Assembly (NCBI GenBank): GCA_965205835.1
Contig: OZ242182.1
Coordinates: 1,532,226 to 1,596,225 of the forward strand
Length of the DNA: 64,000 bases
Direction of reading: 5' to 3'
DNA from: Nitrospinales bacterium
Lineage (GTDB): Bacteria; Nitrospinota; Nitrospinia; Nitrospinales; VA-1
Shown: piece by piece, positions 10,734 to 20,247 of the stretch
How positions within the stretch are numbered: the stretch's first letter is position 1
How the letters are laid out: the number at the start of each line of letters is the position of its first letter
Made by a program: the position numbers and the translations under genes
Notes under the pieces: generated by a model
Seen by the model: the letters and a program-made list of their open reading frames with translations, nothing else
What the model was told of the DNA's origin: nothing
The model's database searches: none

Positions 10734-11177
10734 ATGACTTTAAAGGACAAACTCCTTGCAGATATGAGGGAGTCCCTTAAATCTAAGGACTCGCTCAGGC
10801 TCAACACCATCCGTAGCATAATTTCCGTCGTCAAAAATCAGGAAATCGACCTTCGCAGGGAGCTACTGGAAGAGGAGATTTTCTCTCTGGTTGCTCGTGA
10901 AGGTAAAAAACGAAAAGAAGCGTCTGCCCTTTTTAAACAAGGAGGACGCACAGATTTGATGGAAAAGGAAGATCAGGAATTGGCAATTTTGCGGGACTAT
11001 TTGCCAGAACAAGTCTCTGAAGAGATTTTGCGCAAAAGAATCCAGGAAGTGATCGCAGAAACCGGGGCCGAAGGGATGAGAGATTTTGGCAAAATCATGA
11101 AAGTCCTGGTTCCCGAGTTCAAAGGCAAAGCTGATAACAGCGTGATCAAAGACCTGGCGGGTAAGTTTTTAAATTGA
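10734..11177 (+). CDS. yqeY: GatB/YqeY domain-containing protein
   Basis: LKDKLLADMRESLKSKD..RLNTIRSIISVVKNQEID ... ELAILRDYLPEQVSEEIL ... MKVLVPEFKGKADNSVIKDL is the typical YqeY pattern at 147 aa. Confidence 0.85.
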   Translation: MTLKDKLLADMRESLKSKDSLRLNTIRSIISVVKNQEIDLRRELLEEEIFSLVAREGKKRKEASALFKQGGRTDLMEKEDQELAILRDYLPEQVSEEILRKRIQEVIAETGAEGMRDFGKIMKVLVPEFKGKADNSVIKDLAGKFLN

Positions 11178-11226
11178 CATCGGCAGATTAAAAATCTGTC
11201 ATCTCTGATAAAAAAATTTCAAACAT

Positions 11227-11249
11227 GGCCTTACCAGGCCGGTTTTTTT
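11227..11249 (+). terminator. Possible attenuating terminator between yqeY and dnaG
   Basis: GGCCT-TACC-AGGCC forms a 5-bp stem, followed by GG and seven T (11243-11249). The stem is weak. The position is analogous to the internal terminator upstream of dnaG in the E. coli macromolecular-synthesis operon. Confidence 0.35.
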
Positions 11250-11267
11250 CTAACGTCTGTTAATACT

Positions 11268-13040
11268 TTGAAAGTTTCAATCCCAGACCATATTATTGAT
11301 GAGATTCGCGATCGCACCGATATCGTTGCAGTGATTTCGGATCATGTTGTGCTTAAAAAAGTCGGCAAGAACCATAAGGGGCTTTGCCCTTTTCATCCGG
11401 AAAAAACGCCATCTTTTTCAGTCAGTCCTGAAAAACGCATTTACCACTGTTTCGGTTGTGGTACCGGGGGCAATGTTTTTAAATTCCTCATGGAAATCCA
11501 GAGCATTACTTTTCCGGAAGTACTCAAGATTCTGGCTGGACGCACAGGCACTCCCCTGCCTAGCAACCCTTCGAGCCATTCTGCTGACCCCAGGCAAAAG
11601 GAACGCGACGCTTTAAGAAAACTCAATGAGGCCGCGACACAATATTTTCAGTCCTTGTTGAAAAACCCGAAAGGCGGTCTGAGTGCGAGAAATTATTTAG
11701 CCTCCCGGCATTTTGATGCGGAAATTCTGGAGCGGTACCGCATAGGCTGGGCGATGCCAACATGGAAAGGCCTGCTGACTCATGTCCAGCAAAAAAGTTC
11801 CGTCACTCAGGAGCAACTCGTTCAGTCCGGATTGATCATCCGGAAAGAAGGTAGCTCTACGGTCTATGACCGTTTTCGCGGTCGGGTAATTTTTCCGATC
11901 AAAGATATCCACTCCAACATCATCGGATTTGGAGGGCGTAGCATTGCCGAGGAAAACCAGCCCAAATACCTCAATTCTCCCGAAACTCTTCTCTATCAAA
12001 AAAGTGGGACGCTTTTCGGCATGGATCAGGCGAAACAAGCAATTCGCAGGGAAAAACAGGTCATTCTGGTTGAGGGCTATTTCGACCAGATACGGGCGGT
12101 ACAACATGGCATTGAGCATGTGGTCGCCACCTGCGGAACGGCACTGACTGCCAAACAGGCGGGGATATTGCGAAACCACGCAGACACCGCCATCATGGTT
12201 TTTGACTCAGACCCCGCCGGTCGGTCCGCCTCTGAAAAAGGATTTGATGTCCTGCTTGAACACGGATTGAATGTGAGAATCGTGATCTTGCCCGAGGGCC
12301 AGGACCCGGATTCGTTCATCTACGAAAAGGGTGCGGAAATTTTTCTGGAAAAAATCCGCAACGCCAAGCCTTTTATGGAATCTTATATTGATGCCTTGGT
12401 TCAGGATTCGCCCGGCAAAAGCCCTGAAGACAGGGTCAAAATGGCCAACCAGATTCTTCCGATGCTGATAAAAATTAAAAATACTGTGGAACGATCCGCT
12501 TGGCTGGAAAAATTTACCTCGAAAACAAACATTGATGATCGGACTTTTTTAAAAGAACTGAGCAAGGCCCTTTCCCGAAACCAGCCTCGGCTGGCCAAAA
12601 CAGAAAATGAACTGGCCCCACTTTTAAACCTGGAGAAACATTTAGTTCACCTGATTCTTTCCGATGAGGAAACAGCCAAGGTCATTCTCATGGAGATAGA
12701 TCCTGACGAGTTTTCAGACCCTGCTTTAAAAGCCATTGCCCAAACCTGCCGAAAAAGAATCAATAACAGCGAGGACCTGAAAATTGACCGACTGCTCGAC
12801 CAGACCGAAGACCCCGAGATCAGAAATATCTTGTCCCGATTAGGGTTGGAAACAGTAGAATTTGATACCCCCGAACGAACCATTAAGGACTGTGTCGGAA
12901 AATTTAAAAACATTCACCTTAAATCAAGAATCAAGGATCTTCAATTGCAACGCCTCAATGCTACCAAAGCCGGGCAGGTAGAACGGTCGCGGGAACTGCA
13001 GGCACAGCTTCATGAAATGCATTTAGCCTTAGCCCGTTAA
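11268..13040 (+). CDS. dnaG: DNA primase
   Basis: The zinc ribbon reads CPFHPEKTPSFSVSPEKRIYHCFGCGTGGNVFKF. The TOPRIM region reads VILVEGYFD ... MVFDSDPAG. The length is 590 aa with a TTG start. Confidence 0.95.
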   Translation: MKVSIPDHIIDEIRDRTDIVAVISDHVVLKKVGKNHKGLCPFHPEKTPSFSVSPEKRIYHCFGCGTGGNVFKFLMEIQSITFPEVLKILAGRTGTPLPSNPSSHSADPRQKERDALRKLNEAATQYFQSLLKNPKGGLSARNYLASRHFDAEILERYRIGWAMPTWKGLLTHVQQKSSVTQEQLVQSGLIIRKEGSSTVYDRFRGRVIFPIKDIHSNIIGFGGRSIAEENQPKYLNSPETLLYQKSGTLFGMDQAKQAIRREKQVILVEGYFDQIRAVQHGIEHVVATCGTALTAKQAGILRNHADTAIMVFDSDPAGRSASEKGFDVLLEHGLNVRIVILPEGQDPDSFIYEKGAEIFLEKIRNAKPFMESYIDALVQDSPGKSPEDRVKMANQILPMLIKIKNTVERSAWLEKFTSKTNIDDRTFLKELSKALSRNQPRLAKTENELAPLLNLEKHLVHLILSDEETAKVILMEIDPDEFSDPALKAIAQTCRKRINNSEDLKIDRLLDQTEDPEIRNILSRLGLETVEFDTPERTIKDCVGKFKNIHLKSRIKDLQLQRLNATKAGQVERSRELQAQLHEMHLALAR

Positions 13041-13084
13041 TACATCATCAAAACACAAACGTGTAATTAGGAGAAATCATCCAG

Positions 13085-14842
13085 ATGGCAACAGTGGAAA
13101 AACTGGCACATGTATCAGAAATCAATCAGTTGGTAGCACAGGGCAAGGAAAAAGGTTATTTGACCTATGAAGAGGTCAATGATGTCCTACCCTCTGATGT
13201 TGTGACCCCGGAACAAATCGACGACCTCATGGCTCTTCTTGCTGAAAATGAAATAGACATCGTTGACACCACCGCCAAGGGTGAAAAAATAGCTGCCGCC
13301 AAAGGAGATCATGATAAGGCTAGTGCTGAGAATGCCCCGGCCTCCAAATCCGATTCTATTTCCGTTGATGATCCAGTCCGGCTCTATCTGCGTGAAATGG
13401 GAACCATTTCCCTGCTAACTCGTAAAGGAGAAGTGGAAATTGCCAAAAGAATTGAAGCCGGGCAATATGAAGTGCTCGCGGCAGTGGCCAGTTGTGCGGT
13501 CACAACCCACGAACTCACCACCATGGCAGACCAGGTTAAAAAAGGGGAAATCCGAATCTTCAGTCTGATCCAGAGCCATGAACCAGAAGAAGACAAGGAA
13601 CAATCCGAAAAAGACGAAACCAAAAAATTTATTAAGAAAGTCAGACACCTAAAGTCGGAATTCGCCAAGTTAGAAAAATTTCAAAAGAGAGTCGAGAGCG
13701 GAAAGTTATCTGAAAAAATGCAGGCCAAAGCAGCCGATCAGTTGCAAAAACAGCACAAAAAAATGGAGAACCTCATTGCCCATCTAACTCTCTCCCTCGA
13801 TAAAATGAACGGCCTCATCGAAAAAATTTATGCGATCGCTGTAGAGTATCGGGAAGCCGGAAAACGGGAAAGGGATATCGAAAGACAATTGGGCATATCT
13901 TTGGCCGGAGTTAAAAAGCTGGCTAAAAACTGGACCAAGCAGAAAAGCGTCAAGGTTCCAAAGGGGAAAATGGTCACCCGCACACAGTACGACAACTTCA
14001 TGAAGCAGGTGCAAAGCGGGCGTCGGAAAATTAGAAAGATAGAAAAAGAAACGGTAACCAGTAAAGACAGTCTGCTGGCCACCGTGCGGTCCATTGCCCG
14101 AGGTCGGGTGAAAGACAAAACTGCCAAGCGGGAGCTGGCAGAAGCCAACCTCAGACTGGTAGTCAGTATCGCTAAAAAATACACCAGCCGGGGACTCCAG
14201 TTTCTTGACTTGATTCAGGAAGGCAATATCGGCCTTATGAAAGCGGTCGACAAATTTGAGTATCAGCGAGGCTATAAGTTTTCGACCTACGCCACCTGGT
14301 GGATTCGGCAAGCCATCACCCGCGCCATCGCCGATCAGGCCAGAACAATCCGGATTCCAGTACACATGATCGAAACCATCAATAAACTGACCCGGGTATC
14401 CCGCCATCTCGTTCAGGAGCTCGGGCGCGAACCAACGCCGGATGAAATCGCCGTTAAAATGTATCTACCGGTAGACAAGGTCCGAAAAGTCTTAAAAATC
14501 GCCAAGGAGCCCATCTCTCTCGAGACTCCCATCGGCGAAGAGGAAAACAGCCATCTGGGAGATTTCATCGAAGACAAGAAAGTCCTGTCACCCATCGACT
14601 CTGTGGTCAAAAAAAACCTGAAGGAACAAACCCTGAAAGTTCTCTCAACCCTGGCATCCAGGGAAGAACGTGTGTTGCGCAAACGGTTTGGAATCGGATT
14701 GGATTCCGAACACACGCTTGAGGAGGTCGGGCAGGATTTTGCTGTCACCCGTGAGCGTATCCGGCAGATCGAGGCCAAGGCTCTACGCAAACTGCGGCAC
14801 CCCAGCAGAAGCAAAAAATTACGCAGTTTTATCGAAAGCTGA
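13085..14842 (+). CDS. rpoD: RNA polymerase sigma factor RpoD (sigma-70)
   Basis: Region 1.1/1.2 reads [11 protein letters not shown]. Region 2 reads [76 protein letters not shown]. Region 4 reads [30 protein letters not shown]. Confidence 0.97.
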   Translation: MATVEKLAHVSEINQLVAQGKEKGYLTYEEVNDVLPSDVVTPEQIDDLMALLAENEIDIVDTTAKGEKIAAAKGDHDKASAENAPASKSDSISVDDPVRLYLREMGTISLLTRKGEVEIAKRIEAGQYEVLAAVASCAVTTHELTTMADQVKKGEIRIFSLIQSHEPEEDKEQSEKDETKKFIKKVRHLKSEFAKLEKFQKRVESGKLSEKMQAKAADQLQKQHKKMENLIAHLTLSLDKMNGLIEKIYAIAVEYREAGKRERDIERQLGISLAGVKKLAKNWTKQKSVKVPKGKMVTRTQYDNFMKQVQSGRRKIRKIEKETVTSKDSLLATVRSIARGRVKDKTAKRELAEANLRLVVSIAKKYTSRGLQFLDLIQEGNIGLMKAVDKFEYQRGYKFSTYATWWIRQAITRAIADQARTIRIPVHMIETINKLTRVSRHLVQELGREPTPDEIAVKMYLPVDKVRKVLKIAKEPISLETPIGEEENSHLGDFIEDKKVLSPIDSVVKKNLKEQTLKVLSTLASREERVLRKRFGIGLDSEHTLEEVGQDFAVTRERIRQIEAKALRKLRHPSRSKKLRSFIES

Positions 14843-14848
14843 CCATGC

Positions 14849-14921
14849 GGGCCTATAGCTCAGTTGGTAGAGCCCCCGGCTCATAACCGGTAGGTCGGAG
14901 GTTCGAATCCTCCTGGGCCCA
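14849..14921 (+). tRNA. tRNA with CAU anticodon (elongator Met, or Ile2 if lysidine-modified)
   Basis: Hand-folded cloverleaf of 73 nt. The acceptor is GGGCCTA/TGGGCCC, the D arm GCTC/GAGC, the anticodon loop CTCATAA and the T arm GGAGG-TTCGAAT-CCTCC. No CCA is encoded. G1:C72 excludes an initiator. C4:G69 and C5:G68 match the E. coli tRNA-Ile2 pattern, so Ile2 is a real possibility. Confidence 0.9.
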
Positions 14922-14974
14922 TCACTACCCAGAGATAATACATTCCCCTATCAAATCAAACAGGAGAAATTGAA

Positions 14975-15229
14975 ATGCTTGTTTCTATAGATACTGGTAA
15001 AGAAACTCGATCTATGCCGCACAAACATGAATTTGAAGCTTGGAAGTGCCGCCTTAGCAACGAGGAATACCAAAAAATTTATGATGAACTTTACGCACGC
15101 TTGAAACAAGTGAAATTCACACGTCCAGTTGGATACCAGGGAACGACTGGACAGGAACTGTATATCAACCCATTTATGAAATTTCCTGCAACTATAACCA
15201 AGAATCAGCCGCAAAATTCTTTGGCTTGA
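14975..15229 (+). CDS. Hypothetical protein, probably frameshifted (reading continues to 15384 in another frame)
   Basis: The 84-aa ORF has no motif I recognise. Beyond about 15205 a second frame reads AAKFFGLILWKVLMGRPDSWGFGRYELDNLPIQGMTYFIVEP... up to the TGA at 15382-15384. That looks like the natural continuation. Confidence 0.35.
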   Translation: MLVSIDTGKETRSMPHKHEFEAWKCRLSNEEYQKIYDELYARLKQVKFTRPVGYQGTTGQELYINPFMKFPATITKNQPQNSLA

Positions 15230-15426
15230 TTCTCTGGAAAGTATTGATGGGTCGACCTGATAGCTGGGGATTTGGTCGATATGAACTAGACAATCTTCCT
15301 ATTCAAGGAATGACTTACTTCATAGTTGAACCTCAAAGCCCAGGCAAGGGGCACCCCATGAGAAAAAATAAGGGTTACGGCTGAACCTTAACCCTTCGGA
15401 TATTGGTCGATTAGTATTGATCGACC

Positions 15427-16491
15427 CTACTGTGGGAACGAAAGAGGAGCCGTTGCATGTTGCCAACCCTCACCATTCAAGGTACGGAGCATCTCAACAA
15501 GGTCCTGCTTTTCCGACTCAGTGAGCTTTAGCGGAATGATCTGGTTATCCAGAAACGGATTTTTAACACCGCCTTCGTTGTAATGATCGACCACTTGTCT
15601 TAGAGTTGCGAACCTTCCATCGTGCATATAGGGTGCGGTTCTGGAAATCTCCCTTAAGGTTGGTGTTTTAAATGCGGCGATATCCTTTTGATCATGACTC
15701 ACCTTGTACCTTCCAATATCCACAGCTTCACCCTCCCAACCGATCCCGATATTGTGGAACTTTTCATCTGAGAAGTTTGTCCCAAAATGGCACAAGTTGC
15801 ATCGGGCCTTACCAAAAAATAATATTTTTCCTCTTTTCGCCGCTTCAGAAATTGCCTTTTCCTCTCCGTCATAATCAAACCGGTCAAAAGGGCTGTTTCC
15901 AGAAATGAGTGTCCTTTGGAAAGAAGCAATGGCTTTTCCTACATGCTGAATGGTAATCGTGTTGGTTGCAAAAGCCTTGCTGAAAAGATTTTTATAACCT
16001 TCGATGCTATTTATCCTGGCAACCACATCATCGTTTTCAGGAAAACCATGCTCAATCGGGTTGGTCAATGGGCCCACGGATTGCTCTTCCAATGTGGTGG
16101 CACGTCCATCCCAGAACTGAACTTTACTGAATCCCCGATTAATCGACGTAGGGGCGCTTCGACCTCCCTGTTGCCGATGAATCCCTGTGGAAACCGGCTG
16201 GCCATCCGTGAAAGCCAGTGACGGGATATGACAGGTGGAGCATGAAATGGTATTGTTTTGCGACAACCGACTATCGAAAAATAAAAGACGGCCCAACTCT
16301 ATCTTTTCTTGAGTCAAAGGGTTGTCTCCAGGAACAACAAATTGGTCCTCATCCAGTCCTAGAGGAATTTCCAGTTCATACTCCTCTTCGGGTGCGGCCA
16401 CAACCCCGAGCGGCCCGCCAATCAAGAGCAAAATCGCTCCAACAACCCCCAGTAACTGAACCTTCATGGTGCTAAAGTTTTTTCCTGTCAT
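15427..16491 (-). CDS. ccp: Di-haem cytochrome c peroxidase (CCP/MauG family)
   Basis: There is a signal peptide, two CxxCH haem motifs (CSTCH and CNLCH), and the CCP pattern FWDGRATTLEEQ ... PTLREISRTAPYMHDG. Confidence 0.9.
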   Translation of the reverse strand: MTGKNFSTMKVQLLGVVGAILLLIGGPLGVVAAPEEEYELEIPLGLDEDQFVVPGDNPLTQEKIELGRLLFFDSRLSQNNTISCSTCHIPSLAFTDGQPVSTGIHRQQGGRSAPTSINRGFSKVQFWDGRATTLEEQSVGPLTNPIEHGFPENDDVVARINSIEGYKNLFSKAFATNTITIQHVGKAIASFQRTLISGNSPFDRFDYDGEEKAISEAAKRGKILFFGKARCNLCHFGTNFSDEKFHNIGIGWEGEAVDIGRYKVSHDQKDIAAFKTPTLREISRTAPYMHDGRFATLRQVVDHYNEGGVKNPFLDNQIIPLKLTESEKQDLVEMLRTLNGEGWQHATAPLSFPQ

Positions 16492-16617
16492 TGTGGTTAC
16501 CTCAAGATATAAGTTTCATTCAAATAAAATTGCTAATTGGTTGATCCTCATTCTGTTTTCCCAAGTATTGGTAATTTTCATTAATACATCCAACCGATTA
16601 TCACTATACTTCAATAG

Positions 16618-17548
16618 ATGGAATCTATCACTCTAATCCAGCTCAGCTATATCGTGGCGGTGTTCCTGACCCGGAATTTTGGTTCGGCCGCCAAAGCCTG
16701 CTTTATCCCCCAAACCAGGCTGAGCATGCAGATTGAAAAGCTGAAGGAAGACTTTGGGCTAACTCTTTTTGATCACTCTAAAAAACCGGCGGAACCAACC
16801 GCTACCGGACAAAAAATTATCGAGTAAGCGCAAATTGTGGTTAGGGAAGCTCTTAGAGCGGCACATTTACATTAGGCTTCATCCTCACTCTCGCTCCCTA
16901 CCTGTTACCACTTTTCCCGGAAAAGTTTACGAAAAGTTTTCCGGAAGCTAAGTTGATTGCGGAGGGATTACAAATCCGGCAGATCATTCATGCATTGATA
17001 GAAGGCAGGATTGATGCTGGAATTCTGGTGACCTTGTTAAATTTCAAAGGGATCGTTGAGTGGCTAATTTTCAACGATCCTTTTTGATCTACCTTTCCCC
17101 AGACCATCCTTTCCTATCTCTTGGTGCCATTTCGGAAAAAGATTTAAGTCTCGATCACATCTGGCTATTTAATGAAGGGCATTGCTTCAGGGGTCAAGCA
17201 ATTGAAATTTGCAAAAAAACAAGAGGTGAAAACGTTAGGCGAAAAAACCTGACTTTTGAAAACGGAAACATGGAAACATTGAAGCGGTTAATCGCCCCAA
17301 AATTTGGATGCCTCCTGCTACCCTGGCTGGCGACTTTGGGAATGTCCATCCTTGAGCAAAAGAAAAAGATCCGATTTTTCAAGGCACCGGTTCCAACCCG
17401 TGAGGCCAGCATTATTTATATCCGTTTCTACCTTAAAAAAAGTATCATTGAAGTTCTTCACAAAGATACCATTTCTTCTCTCCCAATGAAGCTAAAAAAC
17501 TCAAAAACCAAGGAACGGGTGACGAGTGATCGAAATATCTTCACTTAA
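16618..17548 (+). pseudogene. oxyR: OxyR-like LysR-family regulator pseudogene, divergent from ccp
   Basis: An HTH piece (16618-16827: LIQLSYIVAV...LSMQIEKLKEDFGLTLFDHSKK) ends in a stop. The co-inducer domain is then spread over at least three frames: LHIRLHPH...FPGKV; AKLIAEGLQIRQIIHALIEGRIDAGILV...; FLIYLSPDHPF...LFNEGHCFRGQAIEICKK... The segment HCFRGQAIEIC keeps the C-x8-C spacing of the OxyR redox cysteines (E. coli HCLRDQAMGFC). Confidence 0.8.
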
Positions 17549-17678
17549 ATAAGTTGATCATCTAGACTTATTAGAGTTAATATTCTCAAAACCCAAGAGG
17601 TCACTAGCCCGAATTCCCGGCAGTCCTTTTCCACAAGCCCTGAAAACTAGCATTACCCCACTTAAATCTGGAGAAACA

Positions 17679-18203
17679 ATGTCCAATAAAACCGAACAAT
17701 TTTTAGAAAAATTCATTTTCAACAGCAGGTGGCTACTGGCTCCTTTCTTTCTTGGACTGGTCATCAGCATAGCCCTGCTTTTTATAAAATTTTCCCAAGA
17801 GCTGATTCATCTGACCTCTCACGTTTTTACCACATCCGAAAGCGAAGTGGTCATTAGCATTCTGGCCCTGGTGGACATCACCCTGGTCGGGTCTTTATTG
17901 CTCATGATCATCTTCTCGGGCTACGAAATTTTCGTCTCCAAAATAGATGTGGGAGACCATTCGGACCGGCCCGAATGGATGGGAAAAGTTGATTTTAGCG
18001 GGCTCAAGTTAAAGGTCATCGGTGCCATTGTCGCGATTTCTGCCATTCATCTTCTAAAAACTTTTATGGATATCCCTGACGCACCGACCGAAGCCAACAC
18101 AGAAATGTTCTTGTGGAAGGTCGTGATCCATATGGCCTTTGTATTGAGCGGTGTGCTTTTCGCCCTGACGGACCGGATAGCCTCCGGCACCACCAACCAC
18201 TGA
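17679..18203 (+). CDS. yqhA: UPF0114/YqhA-family membrane protein
   Basis: KFIFNSRWLLAPFFLGLVISIALLFIKF... with a 174-aa length and multiple TM helices, as in TIGR00645/YqhA. Confidence 0.8.
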   Translation: MSNKTEQFLEKFIFNSRWLLAPFFLGLVISIALLFIKFSQELIHLTSHVFTTSESEVVISILALVDITLVGSLLLMIIFSGYEIFVSKIDVGDHSDRPEWMGKVDFSGLKLKVIGAIVAISAIHLLKTFMDIPDAPTEANTEMFLWKVVIHMAFVLSGVLFALTDRIASGTTNH

Positions 18204-18291
18204 CAAAACCCAACGGTCTGAAAAATGGAACAGACATTTATCCCACAAAAGGGCTCTTTAGAGCACCCTGTTTAAAAGCAGGCTTTCGGCT

Positions 18292-18542
18292 TTAAAGACT
18301 AGAATATGAGTTATAGTTATTTCTGATGTACAAGGTGATTGAAACAGCGTCGCACCGTTTGTTGTAAAATTGTTTTCTACGACAAAAGTAATTTAACAAG
18401 AGACTTGTGTGTAAGTCAAAAAAAGGGGGAAGGATGTTCAGCTTTCTTCTGATAATGTATTGATCTTGAGTCATTGGTTTCTCCTTTAAGTTAAATAAGT
18501 TCTTAAACAAACTTGTCTTAACCGAGAAACCATGACCCTTTT
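18292..18542 (-). mobile_element. Relic of an IS 5' end (5' UTR plus degenerate transposase N-terminus), copy 1
   Basis: On the minus strand, GGAGAAACCA-ATG at 18474 opens MTQDQYIIRRKLNIL..., followed by decayed sequence. The segments 18440-18486 and 18521-18542 recur at 39412-39480. The N-terminal peptide resembles HTH N-termini of rve-type (IS481-like) transposases as I recall them. The family call is tentative. Confidence 0.5.
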
Positions 18543-18609
18543 ACTTGCAAAAGTCGCATCTTGTGAACGCTTTTCTCAACTACGCCAGTTTATAATAGAA
18601 AAAATAAAG

Positions 18610-18682
<73 letters not shown>

Positions 18683-18714
18683 ATTTATTTGACCTCCTAC
18701 AAAGCGACCGTATG

Positions 18715-18742
18715 ATATTAGCGATTATCCCACAACTGTCAA
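18715..18742 (-). promoter_or_regulatory. Putative sigma-70 promoter of tRNA-Ala
   Basis: On the minus strand: TTGACA (complement of 18737-18742), a 16-nt spacer, then TAATAT (complement of 18715-18720). It lies about 30 nt upstream of the tRNA 5' end. Confidence 0.45.
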
Positions 18743-18852
18743 GGGCAAAACCACCCTGCCCTGACCCTCTTTGCCTTCCGCCATTTTTCCTATATAATGT
18801 ATATTGAAAGTTTTCAGACCCACACACCATTCTCTAGCTCATCATTACCGCT

Positions 18853-19521
18853 GTGCTTAAAAATTTCCAACGCAGACTTCGGAATGTTTTTATCACCGGG
18901 TTGCTGATCACCCTGCCGATCGCGCTGACATGGTCCATTTTGCAGTTCCTGTTCAAGAACCTCGATGCCCTATCGCCAGTATTCACCAATATGTTGGTCC
19001 AGCTTGGCGCACCCTTTCCCGAAGGTTACCGCATCCCCTTTTTGGGAGTACTGATGACCATGCTGATCGTACTCGCAGTGGGCTGGCTGACCACTAACTT
19101 TTTCGGGAAAAAGATTTTTGAAATCGGCGAAACCGTTGTTGAAAAAATCCCATTCGTCCGTCGAATTTATAAAGGCTCCAAACAGGTAGTGGTTTCCATT
19201 GCCCATGCCGACACGTCGGCCTTTCGCAAAGTCGTCCTGCTCGATTTCCCGCGCCGAGGACTTCTGGCGATCGGGTTTGTGACCGGCGAGTCCCGCGGAG
19301 AAGTGCAACAGATTACCCAAGATAACATGCTCAACGTGTTCGTGCCGACCATGCCCAATCCCACTTCCGGATTCCTGATCTTCTCTCCGCCCGATGAACT
19401 CACGAAAGTTTCCATGACCATTGAGGACGGCATCAAGTATGTGGTTTCCGGCGGCATCGTTACCCCTCCGGAACTTAAAGTCATTGAAGCCAAAGGACTG
19501 AAGCTTGAGCAACCTTCCTGA
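18853..19521 (+). CDS. DUF502 domain-containing membrane protein
   Basis: LRNVFITGLLITLPIALTWSILQFLFKNLD ... IPFVRRIYKGSKQVV ... PNPTSGFLIF is the typical DUF502 pattern. The start is GTG. Confidence 0.85.
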   Translation: MLKNFQRRLRNVFITGLLITLPIALTWSILQFLFKNLDALSPVFTNMLVQLGAPFPEGYRIPFLGVLMTMLIVLAVGWLTTNFFGKKIFEIGETVVEKIPFVRRIYKGSKQVVVSIAHADTSAFRKVVLLDFPRRGLLAIGFVTGESRGEVQQITQDNMLNVFVPTMPNPTSGFLIFSPPDELTKVSMTIEDGIKYVVSGGIVTPPELKVIEAKGLKLEQPS

Positions 19522-20191
19522 CTCTTCTCTCGACATCCTCTATCTCGACAACCATTTGATCGCGGTGTGCAAACCTGCAGGGATGCTCACCCAGTCTGAC
19601 AATTCCGGCGAAGCTTCCCTGATGGACCAGGTTAAGGACTGGATCAAAATAGAATATAAAAAACCTGGAAAAGTGTTTTTAGGATTGGTCCATCGACTCG
19701 ACCGGCCAGTGTCGGGAGTGGTGGTGTTTGGCCGCACATCCAAAGGGGCCTCGCGGCTCTCGGAACAGTTTCGTCAAAAAACCACAAAAAAAAATTATCG
19801 GGCACTCGTCGAAGGAATTCCAGAACCTCAGCAAGCCAGCCTGACACATTACCTGAGAAAAGAAAAGTCCCTCAAAGCCACCGTGTTCTCCCGCCCGACA
19901 CCTGACGCCAAAGAAGCTCTATTGACTTATGAGGTCATCGAAACCTCTAGCACCACCAGCCAGCTCAATATTCATCTGCATACCGGAAGGTTCCACCAGA
20001 TCCGTGCACAGCTCGCCTTCATCGAGCACCCCATCGTTGGCGACAAAAAATATGGAGCAAATTCAACATTACCGGAAGGGCGGATCGCTCTGCACGCCCA
20101 GCGCATGGTCTTCCATCACCCAACGAGCAAAGAAGAAATCGCCATCGACTGCCCCCCGGCCCAAGATTGGCCAATGGACTACCAGAACTAA
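19505..20191 (+). CDS. RluA-family pseudouridine synthase
   Basis: The catalytic motif is HRLDRPVSGVVVFGRTSKGASRL, and HQIRAQLA is also present. There is no S4 domain. The length is 228 aa with a TTG start that overlaps the previous gene by 17 nt. Confidence 0.85.
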   Translation: MSNLPDSSLDILYLDNHLIAVCKPAGMLTQSDNSGEASLMDQVKDWIKIEYKKPGKVFLGLVHRLDRPVSGVVVFGRTSKGASRLSEQFRQKTTKKNYRALVEGIPEPQQASLTHYLRKEKSLKATVFSRPTPDAKEALLTYEVIETSSTTSQLNIHLHTGRFHQIRAQLAFIEHPIVGDKKYGANSTLPEGRIALHAQRMVFHHPTSKEEIAIDCPPAQDWPMDYQN

Positions 20192-20247
20192 AGAGTTTTT
20201 GCCAACTCCCTCTTACTGCGGTATGGTGGTCTGGTAACAGTATTTTT

